A stretch of 54,415 nucleotides of DNA from Flavobacteriales bacterium. Its GTDB lineage: Bacteria > Bacteroidota > Bacteroidia > Flavobacteriales_F > PHOS-HE28. Below the pieces are notes generated by a model, which saw nothing but the letters and a program-made list of their open reading frames with translations, did no database searches and had not been told where the DNA came from. Location of the stretch: positions 1-54,415 of the forward strand of contig JAGQVV010000130.1 in the NCBI GenBank assembly GCA_020437805.1, given 5' to 3'. The translations under genes and the position numbers were made by a program. Shown piece after piece: positions 46,446 to 54,415 of this stretch; within the stretch, counting starts at the first letter, position 1, and each line of letters begins with the position of its first letter.

Positions 46446-46514
46446 TCCAGGACCGAGCTGCGAGCATTGGAAGCCGGATACGACGTATCTTCAGATCTCA
46501 AAGTCCACCTCCAC

Positions 46515-46805
46515 ATGCTCCACACGAACGCCCTGATGATCCCCAAAGAACGGATCCCCTCCTTGCGATTCCCGCGCCAACCGGTGGTGTTGAGTGAACC
46601 CGATAGAGCTGTGATCATGAAGAACCTTGCTAAAGCCACCCGACTCGGGAACGCCGAGCATGGGAAATGTCGGATAACCTTTCAGGACGACGAAGGGACC
46701 AAGGCGGTTGAAACCACGATCTGGACCTTCGACCCGGAGAATATCGTGCTGAAGTATGGCATGGTCATCCCAGTGGCTAGGGTGCTCAGCGTGGAATTCC
46801 CATGA
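46515..46805 (+). CDS. Small conserved-looking hypothetical protein
   Basis: The ORF spans 46467-46805. The first ATG is at 46515, with others at 46536 and 46617. Core sequence: KATRLGNAEHGKCRITFQDDEGTKAVETTIWTFDPENIVLKYGMVIPVARVLSVEF. No family is assigned and the start is uncertain. Confidence 0.45.
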   Translation: MLHTNALMIPKERIPSLRFPRQPVVLSEPDRAVIMKNLAKATRLGNAEHGKCRITFQDDEGTKAVETTIWTFDPENIVLKYGMVIPVARVLSVEFP

Positions 46806-46850
46806 TCGCTTAGGATCCCTATTGTCCGTTCAAGCTCCAGCCCGTTCCAC

Positions 46851-47342
46851 GTGGGCTTGGAACTATTTTTGTGCGTCGCGATCGTCATGCTCCAACTGCT
46901 CTTCTCCCTCTCATTGGTCCTGTCGACCCACGCCGGCCCGCCCGTCTCGTGGAATTTTTCCTCGCAAGTGGATGATGACGGAACGGTACAGTTGCGCTTG
47001 GAGGCTGTCGCCGAAGAAGGGTGGCATATCTACGCGACCGAACTGGAGAATGAGCTCGGGCCGATACCCACAACGGTCCGGTTCAAGCCATCGAAGGACC
47101 ACGAATTGCTCGGTGCGCTGGTCGAGCCTGTACCGATGGAGGAATTCGACCCGAATTTCGAGATGCAGGTGCGCTACCACTCCGGAAAGCCCGTGTTCAC
47201 CCAACGGATCAAGCCGTTCACCTCGGGATCCTTCGTGGTGGAAGGGGAAGTGGAATATATGGTGTGCAATGACGTGACCTGCCTGCCGCCGACGGCCGTT
47301 CCGTTCCGGATCGGGGTGCCGGCGCAAGCCCCGAAGCCTTAG
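46851..47342 (+). CDS. Stand-alone secreted DsbD-N-terminal (alpha) domain protein
   Basis: 163 aa with a signal peptide (GTG 46851 or ATG 46887). An Ig-like domain ends with the redox pair motif YMVCNDVTCLPP. Confidence 0.7.
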   Translation: MGLELFLCVAIVMLQLLFSLSLVLSTHAGPPVSWNFSSQVDDDGTVQLRLEAVAEEGWHIYATELENELGPIPTTVRFKPSKDHELLGALVEPVPMEEFDPNFEMQVRYHSGKPVFTQRIKPFTSGSFVVEGEVEYMVCNDVTCLPPTAVPFRIGVPAQAPKP

Positions 47343-47344
47343 TG

Positions 47345-49816
47345 ATGAAGAATTTTACTCTCACCCTTTTCGCGGCCTTTTCGTGCATCGCAGCTCTGGC
47401 CCAGCCACCCGGTGCGGCGCCGGAGGTGGAGCCGGTATCCTGGTCCATAGAGGTCACAGAGGTCGATGGCGGCTGGTCACTGGCGTTCCATGCGACGATC
47501 GAGGAGGGCTGGTCCGTGTACTCTCAGGAGAACTATGGTGATATGGGACCTTGGCCAACATCCGTCGTTGTGGATACGATCCCAGGAGTGGTCGTATCCG
47601 GAAAGCTCGAGGAGACCGGGAAGAAGGTGCTCGAAGGAATGGACGAGGTCTTCGGCATGGAGGTCAAGAAGTTCAAGGGTTCGGCCACTTTCACACGCCG
47701 GATCTCGACCCTGGACCCTGCACTTCCGATCACAGGATACTTCGAGTACATGACCTGCAACGATGTGATGTGCCTACCACCGAACATGGTGTTCTACAAG
47801 GTGGCACTCCCATCGAACGAATTCGAGCTTTCGGGTTTTCCGTTCAAGGACGATGGTCCCTCAGCGATCGCACCACCAGCCCAAGAAGAACCGGTCACTT
47901 GGAACCTGACGACCGAGAAGGTCAGTGATGGGAATTGGCGATTCAATTTCACGGCCGATGTTCAGGACGGCTGGTACGTGTACTCCCAAGAGGAATTCGG
48001 GATAGGCCCGATGCCGACCACCTTCGAGCTCGACAGCTTGGCACCCGCGAAATTCAATGGTTTGGCAAAAGAGGAGAGCGCGGATATGCACGAAGGCATG
48101 GACGATATGTTCGGCATCAAGGTCCGCAAGTTCAAACACCAGGTCACCTTCGTGCAGGATGTCGAGGTGCTCGATTTGACCAGGGACATCAAGGGCGTGG
48201 TGAACTTCATGACCTGTGACGATTCCAAGTGCATCTTCGCGGATCCCCTGCCGTTCACGGTGAACTTGGCAACGGGCATGATCTCCATAGGCACCAGGAC
48301 AGTTGAAGCCAATGGTGACTGCAAGTACAGGTTGACCTCGGTCGACCTTGACGCACCTGTGGTCAGGGCCTCCAATGAGGTGAACGAAGTGCGTGAGAAC
48401 GCATCGCTCTGGCGCATTTTCTTCCTCGGATTCTTGGGCGGCCTTGTGGCGCTGCTTACTCCTTGTGTGTTCCCCATGATCCCGCTCACGGTCAGTTTCT
48501 TCACAAAGGGGAGCGAGGATAAAGGAAGAGGGCTAAGGAATGCGCTGACCTATGGAGCGTTCATCCTCGGCATTTATTTGCTCTTCAGCGTCCCCTTCCA
48601 TGTGCTGGGTTCGGTTAACGCCGAGATATTCAATGAGATCAGCACGAACCCATGGCTGAACGTAGGGTTCTTCGTCATTTTCCTGGTCTTCGCGGTGTCC
48701 TTCTTCGGCTACTTCGAGATCACACTGCCGAGCAGTTGGGTGAACAGTATGGACGCGAAGGCCTCCAAGTTCGGCGGGCTGATCGGTATCTTCTTCATGG
48801 CCCTGACCTTGGCCTTGGTGAGCTTCAGTTGCACCGGACCCATTCTTGGGTCCTTGTTGGCCGGAGCGCTCACCGCAGATGGCGGAGCATGGCAGTTGAC
48901 CGCCGGACTGGGCGGCTTCGGCTTGGCCCTCGCACTTCCCTTCGCGCTTTTCGCATTGTTCCCGAGCTGGCTCAACTCACTGCCACGGAGCGGCAGCTGG
49001 CTGAACAGTGTGAAAGTCGTGCTCGGTTTCGCGGAGATCGCGTTGGCCTTCAAGTTCCTGAGCAATGCTGATCTGGTGAAACAATGGTCCATCGTACCCT
49101 ATGAGTTGTTCATGGTCGTGTGGGTACTTTGCGCATTGGGGGTCGTGCTGTACCTGTTCGGCCTTATTCGCTTCCCGCACGATAGTCCGGTGAAGTCGCG
49201 CTCGGTTGTGCGGTGGAGCTTCATCGGCCTCTTCACAGCCGCCACCGTTTACCTTGCCTTCGGACTGCGGGTGGATAGCAAAGCAGGCACCTTCACCCCG
49301 ATGGCACTGATGAGCGGGCTAGCGCCACCCGTGGGATACAGCTGGGTCCTGCCAAAGAAGGCCGAAGCCTTCCACGATCTGGACGAGGCCCTTGCCCACG
49401 CCAAGGAAGTGAACAAGCCCTTGATGATCGACTTCACCGGGTGGGCGTGCGTGAACTGCCGGAAGATGGAAGAGCACGTTTGGCCAGAGCAGGAGGTGAA
49501 GCAGCTGATCGAGAACGAGTACATCCTGGTATCGCTGTACGTGGACGACAAGCGCGAACTGCCGAAAGAAGAGCAACACGAATACGTGACCTGCACCGGA
49601 AAGGAGAAGTTGATCCGTACCGAAGGCAACAAATGGAGCACTGTACAACTCGAAACCTTCGTGATCAGCAGCCAGCCATACTATGCACTGCTAAGTCCCG
49701 ATGGCAAACTCCTGACGGATCCCGTTGGCTATACTCCCGACAAGAACGAATATGCCGGGTTCCTGCAGCGTGGGTTGGAAGGCATGCGGCAGCTGGGGCT
49801 TCAAGCCAGTAGGTGA
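47345..49816 (+). CDS. dsbD: Thiol:disulfide interchange protein DsbD with two N-terminal alpha domains
   Basis: Signal peptide MKNFTLTLFAAFSCIAALAQ. Two alpha-type repeats end in CNDVMCLPP and CDDSKCIFADP. CcdA-type TM core has LTPCVFPMIP and SFSCTGPILG. C-terminal thioredoxin has WACVNCRKME. Confidence 0.9.
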   Translation: MKNFTLTLFAAFSCIAALAQPPGAAPEVEPVSWSIEVTEVDGGWSLAFHATIEEGWSVYSQENYGDMGPWPTSVVVDTIPGVVVSGKLEETGKKVLEGMDEVFGMEVKKFKGSATFTRRISTLDPALPITGYFEYMTCNDVMCLPPNMVFYKVALPSNEFELSGFPFKDDGPSAIAPPAQEEPVTWNLTTEKVSDGNWRFNFTADVQDGWYVYSQEEFGIGPMPTTFELDSLAPAKFNGLAKEESADMHEGMDDMFGIKVRKFKHQVTFVQDVEVLDLTRDIKGVVNFMTCDDSKCIFADPLPFTVNLATGMISIGTRTVEANGDCKYRLTSVDLDAPVVRASNEVNEVRENASLWRIFFLGFLGGLVALLTPCVFPMIPLTVSFFTKGSEDKGRGLRNALTYGAFILGIYLLFSVPFHVLGSVNAEIFNEISTNPWLNVGFFVIFLVFAVSFFGYFEITLPSSWVNSMDAKASKFGGLIGIFFMALTLALVSFSCTGPILGSLLAGALTADGGAWQLTAGLGGFGLALALPFALFALFPSWLNSLPRSGSWLNSVKVVLGFAEIALAFKFLSNADLVKQWSIVPYELFMVVWVLCALGVVLYLFGLIRFPHDSPVKSRSVVRWSFIGLFTAATVYLAFGLRVDSKAGTFTPMALMSGLAPPVGYSWVLPKKAEAFHDLDEALAHAKEVNKPLMIDFTGWACVNCRKMEEHVWPEQEVKQLIENEYILVSLYVDDKRELPKEEQHEYVTCTGKEKLIRTEGNKWSTVQLETFVISSQPYYALLSPDGKLLTDPVGYTPDKNEYAGFLQRGLEGMRQLGLQASR

Positions 49817-49933
49817 CCATCCGTACGTCGATGTTCTTCGTCGGTGGTCCACTCGATCGTTTGCTTCATCATCGATATTGTGCCATATTACACGTCTGAG
49901 CCCTGACGATATATCCGTCAGGTCGGAAGTGAA

Positions 49934-50464
49934 ATGGTCACTGAAGCGTATCACCTGGACCAAGCGAAAGACACACGGACCTATTGGATACGTGGGCAAA
50001 AGGTCATGGCGGCCCATGATCCAGCCGAACGGTACGGCACACCAACGATCCGTTTGAAGGAGGCGGTGAAACCAAACCCCGAGCGATTTCCGGATGACTT
50101 CATGTGCAGTTTGACCGAAGGGGAATGGTCCGACCTGACCTCTCAATGTGCGAGGTCAAGTGCTTGGGGTGGACGTTGCCGGCCGACGAATGGGTTCAAG
50201 GAAGACGGTGTCCTGATGCTCTCTGGCGTACTCAGCCATGTACTATCCATCGAAGTGAACATCTTGATCATCCGGGTATTCATACGGACGAGCAGGTTGT
50301 TGTCGAACGACCATGGGCTCCAGTTGCGCAAGGAAGGCTTGGAACGCAGGCAAGATCAAGGAAGGTCAGCGTTGCAAGAGCATTTCGAAGCCGTGGAACA
50401 GCCCATGGAGCGCCCGAATGGCGACCGTCGTTGGATCGGGTGCAAAGGAGGAGACCAGCTTTGA
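49934..50464 (+). CDS. ORF6N/KilA-N-type DNA-binding domain protein (diverged)
   Basis: 176 aa. IRGQKVM....ERYG......LKEAVK.NPERFPDDFM..LT..EW..L.SQ...SS.WGGR....GF.EDGV.MLSGVL......VNI.IIRVF follows the ORF6N consensus as I recall it, but with many substitutions. Confidence 0.55.
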   Translation: MVTEAYHLDQAKDTRTYWIRGQKVMAAHDPAERYGTPTIRLKEAVKPNPERFPDDFMCSLTEGEWSDLTSQCARSSAWGGRCRPTNGFKEDGVLMLSGVLSHVLSIEVNILIIRVFIRTSRLLSNDHGLQLRKEGLERRQDQGRSALQEHFEAVEQPMERPNGDRRWIGCKGGDQL

Positions 50465-50479
50465 AGCATCTTTGTCAGG

Positions 50480-51079
50480 ATGAGCAATGACCGTATCCTT
50501 TCCCACTTCACGCAAGCGGCCGATGTACTGAAGGCCTTCCTCAGTGACCCTGCCAACATCGCCGCTGTTGAACAGTCCGCTGCCTTCATGAGCTATTGCC
50601 TGAAGCAAGGTGCCAAAGTCATCAGCTGCGGCAACGGGGGCAGCATGTGTGATGCCATGCATTTCGCGGAGGAGCTCACCGGCCGGTTCCGCGAGGACCG
50701 TGATCCGATCGCCGCATTGAGCATCAGCGACCCGAGCCATATCACGTGCGTTGGCAACGACCATGGTTTCGAGCAGGTGTTCGCGCGTTTCGTTCAAGCG
50801 CACGGCAGGGAAGGCGATGTCCTGCTGGCCATCAGCACGAGCGGGAACAGCCCGAACGTATTGCGCGCTGCGGAAATGGCCCGGTCCAAGAACATGCACG
50901 TGATCGGGCTCACGGGCAAGGATGGGGGTAAACTCGCTGAGCTCTGCACGGTGGAGGTGCGCGTACCACACGATGGGTTCGCGGACCGCGTGCAGGAAGT
51001 GCACATCAAGGTGATCCATGCCATGATCGATCATATCGAGCGGGACATGGCACTGCCACGCAGGGTCGAACAGCACTGA
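50480..51079 (+). CDS. gmhA: D-sedoheptulose-7-phosphate isomerase (SIS domain)
   Basis: 199 aa with [30 protein letters not shown] and a C-terminal HIKVIH pattern. Confidence 0.85.
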   Translation: MSNDRILSHFTQAADVLKAFLSDPANIAAVEQSAAFMSYCLKQGAKVISCGNGGSMCDAMHFAEELTGRFREDRDPIAALSISDPSHITCVGNDHGFEQVFARFVQAHGREGDVLLAISTSGNSPNVLRAAEMARSKNMHVIGLTGKDGGKLAELCTVEVRVPHDGFADRVQEVHIKVIHAMIDHIERDMALPRRVEQH

Positions 51080-51085
51080 TCCAAA

Positions 51086-52624
51086 ATGCTCGTAAAGGTC
51101 TTCGGTAGCGCCGTTTTCGGCATCGATGCCACGATCGTTACCGCCGAGGTGAACGTGGAGAACGGCGCATTCTTCTTTCTCGTCGGGCTGCCCGATAGCG
51201 CTGTGAAGGAGAGCCAACAACGCATGGACGCGGCATTGCGCAACAATGGCCTCTACTTCCCGAGGGGAAAAGGGGTGACGATCAATCTGGCGCCTGCGGA
51301 TATCCGAAAGGAGGGGACCGCCTACGACCTTCCATTGGCCGTTGGATTACTCGCCGCTACGGATCAAGCTCCGCCGGACATGCTCGCGGACCATCTGGTG
51401 ATGGGTGAGCTATCCCTTGACGGTGGTGTGCGACCCATCAAAGGTGCGCTGCCGATCGCTTTGGAGGCGAAGAAGAAAGGCTTCAAAGGCATCATTCTAC
51501 CTGCCGCCAATGCCCGTGAGGCCGGTATCGTGTCCGGACTTGCGGTCTATGGCGTGGAGCACCTGACCGAGGTGGTGGACCTGATGCATGGTCGTTCCTC
51601 CATCCAAACCACATTGGTGGATGTGGAGGCCGAGTTCGCCAACAGCAGTCGCACCTATCCCCTCGATATCGCCGATGTAAGAGGGCAGGAGAATATCAAG
51701 CGTGCATTCGAGATCGCCGCGGCCGGCGGACACAACGTCATCCTGATCGGCCCACCGGGTGCTGGCAAGACCATGTTGGCCAAGCGCCTTCCCACGATCC
51801 TTCCCCCGCTTAACATCGACGAGGCCTTGGAGACCACCAAGATCCACAGCGTCTCGGGCAAGCTGAGGAAGGAGGACAGCCTGCTGAGCGTTCGTCCGTA
51901 CCGGTCACCACACCACACCATCAGCGATGTCGCATTGGTCGGAGGAGGCTCTTTCCCACAACCGGGAGAGATCAGTTTGGCCCATAACGGCGTACTTTTC
52001 TTGGACGAACTGCCCGAGTTCAAGCGGCAGGTGTTGGAGGTCCTGCGGCAGCCGTTGGAGGATCGTGTGGTCACCATCAGCCGGGCCAAGTTCACCGTGG
52101 AATACCCCGCCAGTTTCATGCTTGTGGCCGCCATGAACCCTTGCCCTTGCGGCTACTACAATCACCCGGATAAGGATTGTGTTTGTGCACCCGGCGTAGT
52201 GCAGAAGTACCTCAACAAGGTGAGTGGTCCGCTATTGGACCGCATTGACATCCACATTGAGGTGACCCCTGTGCCGTTCAGTGAGCTCAGCGCCGAACGA
52301 TCAAGCGAGAGGAGCGCCGATATGAGGGAGCGAGTGATCAAGGCCAGGCTGGTACAGCAGAACCGGTTTGCGGGCAAGAAGATCCATAGCAATGCACAAA
52401 TGGGCAGCAAGGAATTGCGCGAGATCTGCCGGATCGATGCCACCGGAAAAGCCCTGCTGGAGAAGGCCATGGATCGATTGGGATTGAGCGCTCGTGCATA
52501 CGATCGGATCCTTAAGGTGGCCCGCACGATCGCGGATATGGCGGGTAGTCCCGACATTCGAACGGAGCATCTGGCCGAAGCGATCCAGTATCGCAGTTTG
52601 GACCGGGAAGGTTGGGCGGGGTAG
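51086..52624 (+). CDS. comM: YifB/ComM-family Mg-chelatase-like AAA+ ATPase
   Basis: 512 aa with a Lon-protease-like N-terminal domain, Walker A GPPGAGKTM, LFLDELPEF and a Cys cluster NPCPCGYYNHPDKDCVC. Confidence 0.9.
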   Translation: MLVKVFGSAVFGIDATIVTAEVNVENGAFFFLVGLPDSAVKESQQRMDAALRNNGLYFPRGKGVTINLAPADIRKEGTAYDLPLAVGLLAATDQAPPDMLADHLVMGELSLDGGVRPIKGALPIALEAKKKGFKGIILPAANAREAGIVSGLAVYGVEHLTEVVDLMHGRSSIQTTLVDVEAEFANSSRTYPLDIADVRGQENIKRAFEIAAAGGHNVILIGPPGAGKTMLAKRLPTILPPLNIDEALETTKIHSVSGKLRKEDSLLSVRPYRSPHHTISDVALVGGGSFPQPGEISLAHNGVLFLDELPEFKRQVLEVLRQPLEDRVVTISRAKFTVEYPASFMLVAAMNPCPCGYYNHPDKDCVCAPGVVQKYLNKVSGPLLDRIDIHIEVTPVPFSELSAERSSERSADMRERVIKARLVQQNRFAGKKIHSNAQMGSKELREICRIDATGKALLEKAMDRLGLSARAYDRILKVARTIADMAGSPDIRTEHLAEAIQYRSLDREGWAG

Positions 52625-52688
52625 AGGGGGTGTAACCTTCCAGTGTTTTCTGGCGTACGAAGCACACAACCAATCCTCCCCAGGAACC

Positions 52689-53387
52689 GTGCGCAACATC
52701 CCCATTCCCTTCCGCATCGCTCTCTTCGTGGGTTGCTTCGTTGCTTCAGCGAACGCCCAGGATCCTGCTCTGGCCAAGGTCTTCCTGAGTGACGTGCTTG
52801 AACCCACCACCAAGAAGCACGCAGCCTTCTTCCTTATCGGCGAGGGAATGGATGGCGACTCCTTCGTGGGCAGGATCTATACCATGGATGGTAAGCTGAA
52901 GGCCGAGGGCCGATATGAGGACGAGGGCCTCACCATCGAGAACGGTCCGTTCATCTATTACTACACCAACGGCCAAGTTGAAAGTAAAGGTGATTATGCC
53001 ATGGGCCATAAGTCAGGTGTATGGGAGCGCTACGATACCATGGGTGGGTCCCTGGCCGAAAAGGTCTACGACCCTGAAGCTTTGGCCAACATCATATATA
53101 CGAGGGCCCAAACAATGCCCGAGTTCGAAGGCGGCGAAAAGGCCCTGGTTCGAGTGATCCGAGAGCGCGTGGTCGACCCCAGTGGCAAGAACGTCAAGGG
53201 CAAGGTGCTCACCAGTTTCGTAGTGGAGAAGAACGGAGAGCTGACCGATGTGAAGGTCCTTGATGGCAAGAACAAGCCTGTGGATGACCAGGTCGTGGAT
53301 GTTATCCGCTCCACCTCACCGTGGCAGCCTGGTGCTGACAAGGGCGTACCGGTGCGTGTACAAATGAAGGTGCCTGTCCAGTTCTGA
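52689..53387 (+). CDS. TonB C-terminal-domain protein with MORN-like repeats
   Basis: A GTG at 52689 gives the signal peptide (M)RNIPIPFRIALFVGCFVASANAQ. MORN-like YYYTNGQVESKGDYAMGHKSGVWERY. TonB_C-like MPEFEGGEKAL...VVEKNGELTDVKVL...PWQPGADKGVPVRVQMKVPVQF. The start is inferred. Confidence 0.6.
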   Translation: MRNIPIPFRIALFVGCFVASANAQDPALAKVFLSDVLEPTTKKHAAFFLIGEGMDGDSFVGRIYTMDGKLKAEGRYEDEGLTIENGPFIYYYTNGQVESKGDYAMGHKSGVWERYDTMGGSLAEKVYDPEALANIIYTRAQTMPEFEGGEKALVRVIRERVVDPSGKNVKGKVLTSFVVEKNGELTDVKVLDGKNKPVDDQVVDVIRSTSPWQPGADKGVPVRVQMKVPVQF

Positions 53388-53406
53388 TCAACGCTCGCAC
53401 TTCAGC

Positions 53407-53436
53407 AAAAAAGGCCCCGGAAAGCGGGGCCTTTTG
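53407..53436. terminator. Bidirectional rho-independent terminator
   Basis: AAAAAA-GGCCCCG-GAAAG-CGGGGCC-TTTT between the convergent TonB-like gene (stop 53387) and secA (stop 53459). Confidence 0.8.
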
Positions 53437-53458
53437 CATTGGTGTTGCCTCGCATTGG

Positions 53459-54415
53459 TCAAGCCTCCTTACCGTGGCACTGCTTGTATTTCTTGCCGCT
53501 TCCACATGGACATGGGTCGTTCCTCCCTACTTTCTTCTCCACTCGGACCGGGGCCGTGGGCCGGGGTGGAGGTGGAGGCATGGCACCACGACCGGGTGCT
53601 GCCTGACCGGCCGTTGGCCGGGGAGCGGATCCGGTACCACGGCCTCCAGCGAATTGTGGAACCTCGGATCGGCTGGTCTGCAGGCGCTGCTGTACCTGTT
53701 GACGTGGGGCCTGGGCCTCCTGAACCTGCGGCTGAGCGGAAGGTAGACCGGCCTTGGCGAGGAACCCGATCACTTCGCCATTGATCCGCTCGATCATGTC
53801 CTTGAACAAGGTGAAGCTCTCCAACTTGTAGATCAAGAGAGGGTCCTTCTGTTCGATGCTGGCATTCTGCACGCTTCGGCGCAATTCGTCCATCTCGCGC
53901 AAGTGCTCCTTCCACTCGTTGTCGATCACGGCTAGCGTGATGTACTTCTCGATGCTCCCGATCAGCTCCAGTCCTTGCGACTTGTACGTTTTCTCAAGGT
54001 TCGTCACAACCTGCATGGTCTTCTTGCCATCGGTGATCGGCACCACGATGTTCTCATACTGTTGGCCCTGGTTGAGGAACACGTCGGTGATCACAGGCAT
54101 GGCCTGGGCGCCGATCTGTTTCCCGTGTCGAACATAGGCGTTGAGGGCCGCCTCATGCACCTGCTCGATGAGCTCTTCTGCTTTCGTCGATTTGAACCCT
54201 TCCGGATCCACCGGGCTTTCGGTGCTCAGGCGTCGGAAAAGCTCCAACTGGAATCCGTCGAAATCACCGTCGGCATGATACTCGTTCACAATGGCCGTGG
54301 AGACCTCGTAGAACATGTTCAGGACGTCGAGCTTCAAGCGCTCACCGAACAAGGCATGGTGACGGCGTTTGTAGATCACCGTCCGCTGGCTGTTCATCAC
54401 ATCATCGTACTCCAG
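53459..54415 (-). CDS. secA: Preprotein translocase ATPase SecA, C-terminal part (5' end outside the window)
   Basis: The frame stays open to the window edge ([18 protein letters not shown]...). It ends with the Zn-binding tail [22 protein letters not shown], preceded by a Pro/Gly-rich linker. Confidence 0.9.
   Translation of the reverse strand: MEYDDVMNSQRTVIYKRRHHALFGERLKLDVLNMFYEVSTAIVNEYHADGDFDGFQLELFRRLSTESPVDPEGFKSTKAEELIEQVHEAALNAYVRHGKQIGAQAMPVITDVFLNQGQQYENIVVPITDGKKTMQVVTNLEKTYKSQGLELIGSIEKYITLAVIDNEWKEHLREMDELRRSVQNASIEQKDPLLIYKLESFTLFKDMIERINGEVIGFLAKAGLPSAQPQVQEAQAPRQQVQQRLQTSRSEVPQFAGGRGTGSAPRPTAGQAAPGRGAMPPPPPRPTAPVRVEKKVGRNDPCPCGSGKKYKQCHGKEA

Noticed and set aside
47340-47347. 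The junction between the stand-alone alpha-domain gene and dsbD, considered as a frameshift or pseudogene split
   Set aside because: Both ORFs have their own start codon and their own plausible signal peptide. The stop is a clean TAG followed 2 nt later by ATG, which looks like two intact genes.
52494-52688. 5' part of the 297-aa ORF overlapping the comM 3' end
   Set aside because: It overlaps comM by 131 nt and encodes Arg/Trp-rich sequence with no ATG. A GTG at 52689 yields a proper signal peptide just after comM ends.
53540-53720. Pro/Gly/Ala-rich low-complexity stretch, considered as a repeat or a separate feature
   Set aside because: It is the normal flexible linker of the SecA C-terminal tail, just before the Zn-binding [12 protein letters not shown] motif, and it is in frame with secA.

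Overview
This is a 54.4-kb, GC-rich, densely packed chromosomal segment that reads as Bacteroidota. Three things support that: five proteins end in T9SS C-terminal sorting domains, a PorV-like/PorU-like gene pair is present, and several start sites are preceded by TAnnTTTG (-7 box) motifs. I can support about 46 protein-coding genes. I found no rRNA, tRNA, CRISPR array, transposase, integrase or obvious defence genes. Most of the content is housekeeping or cell-envelope: rnd, gcvP, kynU-kmo, recQ, tatC, lptB, purS, pssA, lnt, pabB, tilS, dsbD, gmhA, comM/yifB, secA (3' end) and mlaEF. An ArsR-TauE-MBL sulfur-stress operon is cut by the left edge. Many ORF-track entries carry spurious 5' extensions or are antisense shadow ORFs typical of high-GC DNA. 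I trimmed starts to internal ATGs that expose signal peptides or conserved N-termini. All calls come from motif and architecture recognition by eye, with no database search, so family names are hypotheses of varying strength. Nothing here convinces me of a wholly new system. The best candidates for follow-up are: (1) a translationally coupled PorV-like/1713-aa PorU-like C25 peptidase pair (35873-42117), a possible second T9SS sortase module; (2) a tight four-gene operon joining kynureninase and kynurenine 3-monooxygenase to a UbiA-like membrane protein (16178-20370); (3) three tandem diverged T9SS cargo paralogs placed directly behind gcvP (7367-13181); (4) a degenerate-peptidase/PD40/Omp85 chimera (22924-26154); (5) two CD225/dispanin paralogs plus a DUF2752 protein (2671-3726).
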